From the IMG/VR virus record IMGVR_UViG_3300008116_000018: a stretch of 64,000 nt of DNA; one strand, 5' to 3'. Position 1 is the first letter of the stretch. Every line of letters begins with the position of its first letter. The stretch comes from a virus. A program made the position numbers and the translations under genes. The notes below the pieces were generated by a model. The model worked only from the letters and a program-made list of their open reading frames with translations. It searched no databases and was not told the origin of the DNA. Positions 55,593 through 64,000 of the stretch are shown piece by piece.

Positions 55593-56921
55593 TTACATCA
55601 AGTTAGTAATTGCAATTCTACGATAGTAGATGTTCTTATTAGCGAATGCTAATGTACCGTCAGCGGCTGATGTTGCGAATGGGTTTGCGACCATACCATA
55701 ACGTGTCTTAAATCCAATTTTTGGTTGGAAAGAATCTTGACCAACTGCACGAACCATTTGCAACGGAACGTATGGGCAATAGAACAAGCCAGCGTCAAAA
55801 GCTGAAGTGCCTTTGTAACCGATTGTTGCATAGTGTGTACCAGATGTTGCGGCGAAATATGGATCGATGTAAACCTTGATACGACCATTCAATACACCAG
55901 CGAATGTGTTACCAGAGTCATCAACTTGCAAGTTGTTTGCAAGTGCTGGAGTGTAATCAAGAACACCAGCCATTTGCAATGCAGATGCTACGTCTGAAGA
56001 ACAGATAAGCACGTTACCTTTACCACGGCGAGTTGCTTTAGCGATTGCGTTGGACTCACGCTCCAATTGGAACATCAAGCCTTTGAACTTCTCAACAGAC
56101 CAACGACCGTTAGCATCAACGTCAAGGTTGAATGTACCAGCAGTTGTAACGTTTTCTTGTGCGCCAACAGTAGCTGTGATGTTGATTGTACGAACAACTT
56201 CACGGTTAATTTCAGCTAAAATTTCTGTAGAAAGAATGTTAGCCAATTCTTGTTCAGCATCCAAACCATGGACTGCTTTCAAGTCTTGTGCTAATTCCAT
56301 TGTGTATTCTGCTTTCAAAGCACGGCTACGTGCAGTAACAGCAACTTTCTCAATAGAGAATGCCATCTCTTGGAAACCTTGACCAGAACCATCACCCAAT
56401 GCTTCAGCTTGTGCTGTAGTGAAACCAGTACCACGTGTGTACTCTGTACCACTAGACAAGTCAGCAGGTGATGCACCTGTCTGTGATTGTGCTGTAGATG
56501 GGAATGCTGTGTTAGCTTCGTTGAACAATGCTTCAGTACCACTTTGTGATGTGTAACGTGAACGCATTGCAAAGATCAAGCCTGTTGGACCTGTCATTGG
56601 TTGAACACCGCAAATGTCGTATGCGATCAAGTTAGGTGCGGCACGGCGAACCAAGCTGATTAAGACTGGATCGTAAAGGTCGATTGAACCATCGCCTGCT
56701 GTAGATGAAGATGCGCCCATGTTGTTAGCAGGTGCGGCTTCAGACAACAACGATGTTTGGTTGCGATAACCACCAGAACCCTGTGCATCACCACGGCAAG
56801 CAATTTCTTGGTTCTCAAGAAGCTGTGCCGTTACGGAACGCTTGTGGGAATCCTTGATTGCGGCTAAATCGCCATGGTCAAGAACTGGTGCCCATTTTTT
56901 TAAAAGATTTTCTACGCTCAT
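55593..56921 (-). CDS. g23: Major capsid protein gp23
   Basis: GVQPMTGPTGLIFAMR, ELAQDLKAVHGLDAE and KTRYG; maturation site LSE-A. Confidence 0.98.
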   Translation of the reverse strand: MSVENLLKKWAPVLDHGDLAAIKDSHKRSVTAQLLENQEIACRGDAQGSGGYRNQTSLLSEAAPANNMGASSSTAGDGSIDLYDPVLISLVRRAAPNLIAYDICGVQPMTGPTGLIFAMRSRYTSQSGTEALFNEANTAFPSTAQSQTGASPADLSSGTEYTRGTGFTTAQAEALGDGSGQGFQEMAFSIEKVAVTARSRALKAEYTMELAQDLKAVHGLDAEQELANILSTEILAEINREVVRTINITATVGAQENVTTAGTFNLDVDANGRWSVEKFKGLMFQLERESNAIAKATRRGKGNVLICSSDVASALQMAGVLDYTPALANNLQVDDSGNTFAGVLNGRIKVYIDPYFAATSGTHYATIGYKGTSAFDAGLFYCPYVPLQMVRAVGQDSFQPKIGFKTRYGMVANPFATSAADGTLAFANKNIYYRRIAITNLM

Positions 56922-56949
56922 GTTTTTCTCCTTTGAGTATTGTTTAATT

Positions 56950-56957
56950 TATTTATA
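56950..56957 (-). promoter_or_regulatory. T4-type late promoter
   Basis: TATAAATA upstream of g23. Confidence 0.85.
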
Positions 56958-56962
56958 AAAAC

Positions 56963-57847
56963 TTATTTCTTCAGTGTTCTAGAAATATTTTGTACATAGT
57001 GGTTCATTACAGGAGTGAATGATTCTTCGATAGTAGAAACATCATCGTCCATTGGAGCCGCCTTTTTGACTGTATCTTTTGAAGATTCATCAAAATATTT
57101 CTTCTTTGTTAGAAGAAGTTTTTCTTTGTAGTCTTGTTCAGAAACAAATTCAATGCCTTCTGCTAAAGATTTCAACTTTGCAGATTGAACTTCGCTAAGA
57201 CCTTCAGAAACTTCGCCAACGATATGGTCTTTCTTGTAAACACTAATTTGTGCATTCAAATTTGCAACTTCAGTTACTGCTTTGTCTAACTCAGACTCAA
57301 GCACTTCAACTTGCTCTGCAAATTCTTCAACAACATTTACTTTGTCTTCTGGAATATCAACATAATGCTCTGTGAATAGATTTTTAAGTCCAATCATGAA
57401 ATCTTCAGCTAATTCAGCTTTGATGCCTTTTTCGATAGCTAATTTGTTGTCTTCCATCCATTCAGTCACAACATACTCAAGGTATTCGTCAACTTTTGTG
57501 ACCAAGTTTTCATTGATCGAATTGACTTCTTCTTGAAGTTTAATAGAATATTCTTCGTCTAATTTAGTTGTTGCTTCTTCTACCTTAGCAAAAATTGCCG
57601 CTTCAAAGATAGCTTTAGCATTGTTTTTGAATTCTTCAGAAAGAGATTCGCCAGAGAAAATAGCATCAATGTCTTCTTTCATTTTTGATTGCTTTTTCTC
57701 TTTCATCATCTTTTCTTTTTCATCATCAGACTCTTCGCTATCGTCAGTGTCAACTTCTTTAGCTTTTTTCTTTTCGATGGCTGCTTTTAACGCAGGTGGA
57801 AGTTCTCCTTCCAACAATTCATCATCCTTGTTATTTACATCGGTCAT
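56963..57847 (-). CDS. g22: Prohead core scaffold gp22
   Basis: LSEEFK..AKAIFEAA and VDEYLEYVVTEW; synteny. Confidence 0.92.
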   Translation of the reverse strand: MTDVNNKDDELLEGELPPALKAAIEKKKAKEVDTDDSEESDDEKEKMMKEKKQSKMKEDIDAIFSGESLSEEFKNNAKAIFEAAIFAKVEEATTKLDEEYSIKLQEEVNSINENLVTKVDEYLEYVVTEWMEDNKLAIEKGIKAELAEDFMIGLKNLFTEHYVDIPEDKVNVVEEFAEQVEVLESELDKAVTEVANLNAQISVYKKDHIVGEVSEGLSEVQSAKLKSLAEGIEFVSEQDYKEKLLLTKKKYFDESSKDTVKKAAPMDDDVSTIEESFTPVMNHYVQNISRTLKK

Positions 57848-57891
57848 AGTAGGTTCTCCTTTATACGATATTTAAAATTTGTTAGTATATG

Positions 57892-57899
57892 TATTTATA
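57892..57899 (-). promoter_or_regulatory. T4-type late promoter
   Basis: TATAAATA upstream of g22. Confidence 0.85.
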
Positions 57900-57903
57900 A
57901 ACA

Positions 57904-58554
57904 TTATAGCTTGGAGATGAAATTTTTGAAGACTTTTATCATGTTTTCTTCTAAGTCTTTCTTAGAAGATTTGACAATAACATCCTTTTGTTTTTGAATG
58001 TCAGCTTCTCTGATAATTCCATTGTCCCAAACCCATGCTTTATCTTCCATGATACCACGTACATATGCATCTGGTGCTGAAGGATCGGCTACGATATCTG
58101 CACAAGTTGCAAGATAAAAATCATTACCAACAACTTTAGTTCCATCTTTTCCTTCTACAAGACTACCTAAGCCTCTTGTAGATACGCCTAATGTTGCGCC
58201 TTCAGCCATCAAATTCTTTACGATGTTGCCGTACGGTGTGTCCATAATCTTTGCTTTACCGATGAAATTATTTCCATCTTGACGTAAACTCTTAGTAATG
58301 TGTGATACACGTTCTAAGTTAATAGTTGGACCATCTGGATGTCCCAACTCACCATAAGCACGATTCTTCATTACGTGTTCTGTTACATATCTTTCGGTTT
58401 CTTTTTGCAAAACATCTAATGGATACATTCTTCCATTACGATTCTTTTGTTCTGCTTGCATGAAGATACCTTCAATGAAGAAACTTCTACCGCCAGCTTC
58501 GTTTGCTTCGGTGATGATATTTACTTGCTCATTGATTTCTGTAATTAGTTTCAT
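57904..58554 (-). CDS. g21: Prohead protease gp21
   Basis: NRNGRMY, GELGHP, GVSTRGLGS and DIVADPSAPDA. Confidence 0.95.
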   Translation of the reverse strand: MKLITEINEQVNIITEANEAGGRSFFIEGIFMQAEQKNRNGRMYPLDVLQKETERYVTEHVMKNRAYGELGHPDGPTINLERVSHITKSLRQDGNNFIGKAKIMDTPYGNIVKNLMAEGATLGVSTRGLGSLVEGKDGTKVVGNDFYLATCADIVADPSAPDAYVRGIMEDKAWVWDNGIIREADIQKQKDVIVKSSKKDLEENMIKVFKNFISKL

Positions 58555-58841
58555 TTTAGTCCCGCCGATGTTCTCTTTTTAAGTGACCTTGTTCTTTTAC
58601 GTAGAATCAAAGCAAGTTTTGGTGCACGTTTTCTAGCCGCTTTGCGTTGTGCAATTCTACGATGCATTTTTTCTTGTGAAGACATTCTGACAAGTTTGCC
58701 TCCTAAGACTTTATATCCAGGTGTTGCAGAAACAACTTTTCTGCGCTGAACAATTCCAGCACGTACTCTATTGACTTTTACAATTCTAGCTTCATCTAAC
58801 TGTTCATCAGAGAGAGATATAAACTCTTTAAATTTCAACAT
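58551..58841 (-). CDS. g68: Prohead core protein gp68-like
   Basis: Arg/Lys-rich body ending RKRTRSLKKRTSAGL; immediately upstream of g21. Confidence 0.75.
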   Translation of the reverse strand: MLKFKEFISLSDEQLDEARIVKVNRVRAGIVQRRKVVSATPGYKVLGGKLVRMSSQEKMHRRIAQRKAARKRAPKLALILRKRTRSLKKRTSAGLK

Positions 58842-58842
58842 A

Positions 58843-59304
58843 TTATGGGCTTACACCATCATCGGTAGTTTCACGGCTAGAATATCCAGCAGTCTTCTTG
58901 CCTTCTAATATGATTGTATATCCAGCACTAGCAGTAAATCCTGTAGTAGTTAACAAGATATCTCCATTGGCTCCAGCGCCAGCATTGTTTGTGAGTGGTG
59001 CTTGTAAATTTGTTGTCAAGTCTAGAGTGCCAGAGCCAGTCAAAGTCACAATAGTTGTGTTTGATGTTCCTCTCCACGCCAATGTAACTCTAGGGTCTTG
59101 CAGTGATGAAGTACCTCTTGCTACATTCCAAAATATTTTATTGATTGACAATCGTTGTGTTGCTCCGCCATCAGATGCAATTAGTGTGTTTGCAGAAACT
59201 TTTACAACGCCTGCTTCACCAGTGCCGTCAGAAATATTTGTCAGCTTAACTGCCCATGCCGATGCGCTATCTTTTAGCGTTTGTGAGGTTACTGTATCTG
59301 CCAT
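58843..59304 (-). CDS. Putative virion protein
   Basis: MADTVTSQTL...TNISDGTGE; beta-rich, within the head operon. Confidence 0.65.
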   Translation of the reverse strand: MADTVTSQTLKDSASAWAVKLTNISDGTGEAGVVKVSANTLIASDGGATQRLSINKIFWNVARGTSSLQDPRVTLAWRGTSNTTIVTLTGSGTLDLTTNLQAPLTNNAGAGANGDILLTTTGFTASAGYTIILEGKKTAGYSSRETTDDGVSP

Positions 59305-59305
59305 T

Positions 59306-59812
59306 TTATTCTTCCGCTATAGTTTTTGCAAATGCTAAAAGTACTTCAACATCTTCTTCCAACTGATTCAAAAAGATTTCTTGATTGCTTTCATCTAGTT
59401 TGTCATACAAATCAGAAAGTAACTCAACGTCTTCATTCTTTAAAGCACCACGTGCCTTTGCGGCTTGAAGCATATCTAGTCTATCCTTAACACCTTTGAT
59501 ACCAGGCTTGATATCTTTAGCGGCTTTCTTTTCAGCGGCATTTGGTTTGTTGATATGCTTCATTGTAGTACTAGACTGATGACTCTCAGCTTCACCGAAT
59601 GGTTGCTTGTTATCGAGTCTGTCAGCCGGACGCTTGCCAGAACCTTTTTTGGTGTCGTGCGGTCCAACCTCTTCAGGTCCTACTTTTTCTAAATCGCCTG
59701 GATCTTTTACTTGGGCAAGATACGACACGGCTGCCATTTTATTGGCAATGCCGTCTTTATATTTTACTCGTTCTATTTCATCCAACTGGATAAAACTTTT
59801 AAAGTTCTTCAT
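59306..59812 (-). CDS. Putative internal head protein
   Basis: N-terminus MKNFKSFIQLDE resembles a capsid-targeting sequence; head operon. Confidence 0.65.
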   Translation of the reverse strand: MKNFKSFIQLDEIERVKYKDGIANKMAAVSYLAQVKDPGDLEKVGPEEVGPHDTKKGSGKRPADRLDNKQPFGEAESHQSSTTMKHINKPNAAEKKAAKDIKPGIKGVKDRLDMLQAAKARGALKNEDVELLSDLYDKLDESNQEIFLNQLEEDVEVLLAFAKTIAEE

Positions 59813-60020
59813 CTACATTTCCTTCTGAACTAGATTGAAATTCCTCTTCACCAGATGCGACTTCTTCTTCGCTATCTTTAAAAATCGACCCTGCCAATTC
59901 CATTCGTTTAACAGAAATATGATTCTGAATCTTGTCGTTTAATGCGTCAAGAATAGAACTTTTAAATTCTGTAGGTTTTGCATCATATGCACTCTGAATT
60001 GCTGTCTGAATATTTTCCAT
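59799..60020 (-). CDS. g67: Prohead core protein gp67-like
   Basis: 73 aa, helical N-terminus plus acidic tail; own late promoter. Confidence 0.7.
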   Translation of the reverse strand: MENIQTAIQSAYDAKPTEFKSSILDALNDKIQNHISVKRMELAGSIFKDSEEEVASGEEEFQSSSEGNVDEEL

Positions 60021-60043
60021 AGTATATCTCCGTTTGTTTATGT

Positions 60044-60051
60044 TATTTATA
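60044..60051 (-). promoter_or_regulatory. T4-type late promoter
   Basis: TATAAATA upstream of the g67-like gene. Confidence 0.8.
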
Positions 60052-60062
60052 CTTTATCGTTT

Positions 60063-60890
60063 TTATGGATTGTAATACGGCATCATGTAGTCGGTTCCAC
60101 CAATATTTATTGATATAAACCCTACCGGATTACTCGGAAGTGTTGCATTACCAGCCGCTGCCGTTTGTGATCCTGCTGACGATGGATTGATTCTAATTCC
60201 ACCAGCAACAACAACCGCATCATTGTCGCCCACTTTAGATATGTTATCGTCCTTAAAAACAAGCAATCTATGAATGTTGTCAATAAAGTTTGAAGTTCCA
60301 AAGTTTGCTGTCGTAGCAATACCCAATGGACCAATAACATATCTAACGCTTGGTTGAGAAATTATTACTGTTGATTCTATCGATGGAAATGGAACATCGT
60401 CAATTTCCATGTTGATTCGAGAATTACCAAATGCAACATCAACATCAATCGACTCTAACGTTATGTTTCTTGATAGTGAAGAAGTTCCAAATGATATTTC
60501 AGGATCAATAGAATTTGCATTTATTATGATTTTTACATTATTTAATCCAAATGCAAGATTCGATGCAATCGAGTACTCTAATGAAGCAATTACTTCAGAA
60601 ATTGTTGTGCTTACATAATTCTGAATTGGGTATATTGAAAGTGCTTCAATATTATCACCCAAGAATAAGTTTTGATTATACTGGAATCGAGTTGCACCAA
60701 GAACCGAAGTTGAGTCTATAGAATCAACATAAATTATCGAATTTAGTTGTGTGGTGCCAAATAAATTTATAGGTAAAACTGTATCATCAAATCTTGTTGT
60801 TTGATAATCTAATATGACTACATTGCCAAATTCAACAACGCCTAAACTATCATATAGGGTTTCATTTTGATATATAAATTGAGTCGCCAT
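60063..60890 (-). CDS. Putative structural/fibre-associated protein
   Basis: Ile/Ser-rich beta repeats (xFG); C-terminal LPSNPVGFISINIGGTDYMMPYY. Confidence 0.6.
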   Translation of the reverse strand: MATQFIYQNETLYDSLGVVEFGNVVILDYQTTRFDDTVLPINLFGTTQLNSIIYVDSIDSTSVLGATRFQYNQNLFLGDNIEALSIYPIQNYVSTTISEVIASLEYSIASNLAFGLNNVKIIINANSIDPEISFGTSSLSRNITLESIDVDVAFGNSRINMEIDDVPFPSIESTVIISQPSVRYVIGPLGIATTANFGTSNFIDNIHRLLVFKDDNISKVGDNDAVVVAGGIRINPSSAGSQTAAAGNATLPSNPVGFISINIGGTDYMMPYYNP

Positions 60891-60913
60891 ACCATTACGA
60901 TTTCAAAAACAAA

Positions 60914-61315
60914 TTAAAGAGAGAAAATCTTGTTTGCGCCACTAGAGAATACTACAGTAATATCACCTCCGTTAGGTAGAATTGGCAAACCAGTTGCATT
61001 ATCAATATATGCAATTAATCTAGATGTGCCTTGAACTCCAGTGTCTGAAAATATGAGAAGTGCTTCACAATTTGCACCAGTAACAGAAGTAAATGTCGCA
61101 TCATCTGCATCAAAAACTCCGCTAGTAATTGTTTTGTTGGCCAGCGTTGCGGTTGAAATTACAGCCGAGTTTGATACATCACTTCGAAATTCGTGTACTG
61201 CGCTGTAAGTATAAACACCAGTATCGATAAGCGCCAACGTAATTGTATTAGCTGCCATGTTGATACTGCCATTTAAAAATGCTTGTTTTGCTTTTGGGTA
61301 AAGTGCGTTTGCCAT
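60914..61315 (-). CDS. Putative virion protein
   Basis: 133 aa; FDADDATF and LPILPNGGDITV; late promoter upstream. Confidence 0.65.
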   Translation of the reverse strand: MANALYPKAKQAFLNGSINMAANTITLALIDTGVYTYSAVHEFRSDVSNSAVISTATLANKTITSGVFDADDATFTSVTGANCEALLIFSDTGVQGTSRLIAYIDNATGLPILPNGGDITVVFSSGANKIFSL

Positions 61316-61342
61316 GTAGATTGCTCCTTAATATTTTATATC

Positions 61343-61350
61343 TATTTATA
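61343..61350 (-). promoter_or_regulatory. T4-type late promoter
   Basis: TATAAATA upstream of the 60914..61315 gene. Confidence 0.75.
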
Positions 61351-62917
61351 AAACGATTGGTGTTCCGATTTTAATAAACGCTTTTGTTGCCGAGATAGCA
61401 TATCCAATCTTTAAAGAAAATGCGGCACCGTCAATAGTCGATGTTGTGACAATTGCGCCGTTACTTCCTAGATACAAAGATTGTTCTGGCGTCCACGTCC
61501 AACTTGGATTTGTTATTCCACCAAACGTAACAGTTTCAGACACGTTATCCAATACACCTAAAATTTTATCAACTTGAGATATTTCTAACGCTGATGCTAA
61601 TATTGTTTCGCCATTTGCATTTAATGCGACCAATTTGTATTGAGTTGCATTATTGTTAGTGAAAACAACATTCAAAGATTCGGATGCACCTGCACCACCA
61701 GTATTTGCTTGATTGTATGCGGCTTGTGCTAATGTTGTTGCGGTGTTTGCTTGTGCGTATGCACTATTGGCAGTTGTTCTTGCTAATGTATCGTAGCCAG
61801 CTTGTCCACCAGTATTTGCTTGGTCATAAGCCGCTTGTGCTAGAGTGGTTGCCGTGTTCGCAGTTGTTCTTGCGAGTGTATCAATGCCAGCGCCACCGCC
61901 AGTGTTAGCTTGATTGTATGCGGCTTGTGCTAATGTTGTAGCCGTATTGGCTTGTGTATACGCTGAGTTTGCTTGGGTAAAGGCAGAGTTTGCTCTTGTT
62001 CTTGCAAACGTATCTACAGTACCGCCACCGCCTGCGGCTTGTTCTACGAATACGAATTTCTTTGATGCTTCATCATACGATAAAACATAACCATCTGTGA
62101 TACTGTCTCTATCAACGTCATCTAAGTATCGTAGATTGACTTCACCTGAGCCGGTTGCTTTCCAAGCATCATTAGCCATTGCTTTAGATACTGATGCATT
62201 GATTCTATTTTTGTATTGCTGTAAATCTTTTTCGAGAACATCTTGAAATTTTTTAAATTTCTCTTCGACAGGTTTTACGTCTCCGTCTTTACCATCCTTA
62301 CCTGAAACGCCTTGAATGCCCTGTGGTCCTGCTGGTCCTTGAATTCCTTGTTGTCCGTCTTGTCCTCGTTCGCCTTTGTCGCCCTTAGGTCCTTGTCCGC
62401 CCTGAACTCCCTGTGGACCAGCTGGTCCAACGGGACCAATTGCGCCTGCTTCTCCATCTCTTCCGTCCAAACCAGTTTTGCCATCTTCGCCCCTATCGCC
62501 TTTCAGTCCTTGCGGACCACGTTCGCCAGCAACACCTTGTATTCCCTGTTTGCCTTGAGGACCAACTTCGCCTTTGTCGCCCTTATCACCTTTTAATCCA
62601 CGTGGACCATCAAGTCCCATGTTTCCTTGGGGACCAACTTCACCTTTTTCTCCACGATCACCGGTATCTCCCTTGTCCCCTTTGTCGCCTTTAGAACCCT
62701 GTGCGCCAGTTGCACCAAGGGCTCCACGTGGACCGACAGGACCAGGAACTTGTTCAACGATTACTTCTGTTGTTTTCTTTTCTAAAAGAGATACTAACTC
62801 CGTCTTGAGTTTTTTTATCTCTTGTCTTGTATACGCTACAGATGTTGCAACAGAAACTGCTTCGCTAAGAGTGTCGCTAAGATTAGGTACCTTCTTTGTC
62901 ACCTTTGGCCTCTTCAA
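61346..62917 (-). CDS. Collagen-like fibre protein
   Basis: About 52 uninterrupted Gly-X-Y triplets followed by [14 protein letters not shown] repeats; exact start uncertain. Confidence 0.85.
   Translation of the reverse strand: MKRPKVTKKVPNLSDTLSEAVSVATSVAYTRQEIKKLKTELVSLLEKKTTEVIVEQVPGPVGPRGALGATGAQGSKGDKGDKGDTGDRGEKGEVGPQGNMGLDGPRGLKGDKGDKGEVGPQGKQGIQGVAGERGPQGLKGDRGEDGKTGLDGRDGEAGAIGPVGPAGPQGVQGGQGPKGDKGERGQDGQQGIQGPAGPQGIQGVSGKDGKDGDVKPVEEKFKKFQDVLEKDLQQYKNRINASVSKAMANDAWKATGSGEVNLRYLDDVDRDSITDGYVLSYDEASKKFVFVEQAAGGGGTVDTFARTRANSAFTQANSAYTQANTATTLAQAAYNQANTGGGAGIDTLARTTANTATTLAQAAYDQANTGGQAGYDTLARTTANSAYAQANTATTLAQAAYNQANTGGAGASESLNVVFTNNNATQYKLVALNANGETILASALEISQVDKILGVLDNVSETVTFGGITNPSWTWTPEQSLYLGSNGAIVTTSTIDGAAFSLKIGYAISATKAFIKIGTPIVL
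61690..62030 (-). repeat. Three [25 protein letters not shown] repeats
   Basis: Visible at both protein and DNA level. Confidence 0.85.
62278..62745 (-). repeat. Collagen Gly-X-Y repeat tract
   Basis: GPVGPRGAL...GKDGKDGD; GC-rich. Confidence 0.92.
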
Positions 62918-64000
62918 CTAATGTTCCAAAAAATGCAGTCATAGACTTAGCTAATTCTTTTTGATCTGCGTCATCAATTACTCTATTTTCAGTTTCTTCT
63001 TTTTTTACGCTAACAACAAGTTGTTGTGGTGCTGGCGCTGGAGGTGGAATTGGTGGTGCATCATCTGCCGTAGAATCGTCATCCATATTCGCTTTGTCTT
63101 CTTCCATCTCTTCATCCATCTGTTTAATATCATCTTCACTCTGGCGCAGAATGTTTGTTCTGATATAATTAACAGAGAAGTATTTACCAACGTATCCGTC
63201 AATGTCTGAAAGAATAGATAAACGTTCTTTCATAATTTCAACGTTCTTTAATTCGGCAAAGTGTGCATCTGATTGATAATCATAGCTAATTTCTTCTTTC
63301 ATTTGTTCCCACTCTTTACGGGTACAAACGCCTTTAAGAAGAAGCTGTGTCTCAAGCATCTTATCGAATAGAATAGAGAATCTTAAACGTAAACGTGAAA
63401 TGAACTTACCAAACTTCAATTCATCTCTAGTAATTTCAGAAGCACGACCTAAAGAGAATCCATTGTCGGCTTCTAAACGTGATACTGGAACATTCAGTGA
63501 CTTGAACATTTTCTTTTGAAAGTACAATACGTCATCAATCTCTCCGAGATTCTGTCCACCTGATAGTGTAGTAATCTCTGTACCTTTACCACCTTCTCTA
63601 CGTGGCAACCAAAAGTCTTCAAGCATTGTTTGGTATCGTCTATCGTCACGAATCTCACCAGTGTTTGCATCATACACTAGTTTGTTTTTATACTTCTGCA
63701 TGATTTCACGCAAGTATTGTTCTGCCTTCATCTTAGGCAAGTTACCTACGTCAATGTAAAAGATTCTACGTTCTGGCGCTCTTGAAATACGATAGATAAC
63801 TGTCGCATCTTCAAGCATACGTAATTGATTAAGTGGTTTGATTGCTTTGTGTAAGTGTGAAACAATAATCTTACCATCTTTGTCTGTGATGCCAGAGTTT
63901 GCATAGCAGATTGAATCTACTGCAATCTTGATCCCTTGTGAGCCATCTCTAGAAAATCCTTTATCTGAGTACATAAAGTATTCATGGAATTTTTGTGATG
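62883..64000 (-). CDS. g20: Portal vertex protein gp20 (5' part outside the window)
   Basis: YRISRAPERRIFYIDVGNLPK, EDFWLPRREGGKGTEI and EITRDELKF. Confidence 0.97.
   Translation of the reverse strand, partial: SQKFHEYFMYSDKGFSRDGSQGIKIAVDSICYANSGITDKDGKIIVSHLHKAIKPLNQLRMLEDATVIYRISRAPERRIFYIDVGNLPKMKAEQYLREIMQKYKNKLVYDANTGEIRDDRRYQTMLEDFWLPRREGGKGTEITTLSGGQNLGEIDDVLYFQKKMFKSLNVPVSRLEADNGFSLGRASEITRDELKFGKFISRLRLRFSILFDKMLETQLLLKGVCTRKEWEQMKEEISYDYQSDAHFAELKNVEIMKERLSILSDIDGYVGKYFSVNYIRTNILRQSEDDIKQMDEEMEEDKANMDDDSTADDAPPIPPPAPAPQQLVVSVKKEETENRVIDDADQKELAKSMTAFFGTLVEEAKGDKEGT

Noticed and set aside
61690-62745. Repeats as a CRISPR array or DGR template/variable pair
   Set aside because: They are in-frame coding repeats with no unique spacers, no adenine-specific variation, and no cas or reverse transcriptase gene in the window.
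62574-62921. Plus-strand Pro/Ser-rich repetitive ORF
   Set aside because: It is the antisense image of the collagen Gly-X-Y codons.
229-63209. Plus-strand ORFs and nested minus-strand ORFs in the ORF track
   Set aside because: They lie opposite or inside well-supported genes, lack SD sites and recognisable motifs, and are best explained as shadow ORFs.
1-64000. Alternative genetic code or stop-codon reassignment
   Set aside because: Core genes translate full length with the standard code; the only broken gene (uvsY) is explained by a deletion.

Overview
A 64-kb segment of a large T4-like (Tevenvirinae/Kyanoviridae-type) myovirus genome. Essentially every real gene is on the minus strand. 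In transcription order (right to left) it holds: the head module (portal gp20, gp67, gp68, gp21, gp22, gp23, with a collagen-fibre insert), gp3, a broken uvsY, uvsW, gp55, gp47/46, an accessory enzyme cluster (2OG-Fe(II) oxygenase, peptide deformylase, GNAT-like/Asp-hydroxylase fusion, fold-II PLP enzyme, dCMP deaminase, amino-methyltransferase-like protein), early genes (CobT/CobS-like pair), the replication core (gp45, dsbA, gp44, gp62, regA, gp43, uvsX, gp40, gp41), a stress island (dps, hsp20, candidate structured RNA), a late region with iscU/erpA and several large modular proteins, a two-component spanin cassette, primase, thyX, nrdA/trx/nrdB, and RuvC-like and ClpP-like genes. Spanins imply a Gram-negative host; the IscU/ErpA sequences suggest a beta/gamma-proteobacterium (inference). 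The two most interesting candidates are (1) a putative base-hypermodification pathway built around an amino-MTase-like enzyme, a PLP enzyme and a GNAT/hydroxylase fusion, and (2) a set of late proteins with T4-type capsid-targeting N-termini whose domains are separated by gp21-type cleavage motifs, i.e. possible capsid-packaged polyprotein cargo carrying nucleotidyltransferase, ligase-like and RNase-like modules. All family assignments come from motif recognition and synteny by eye; no database searches were run.
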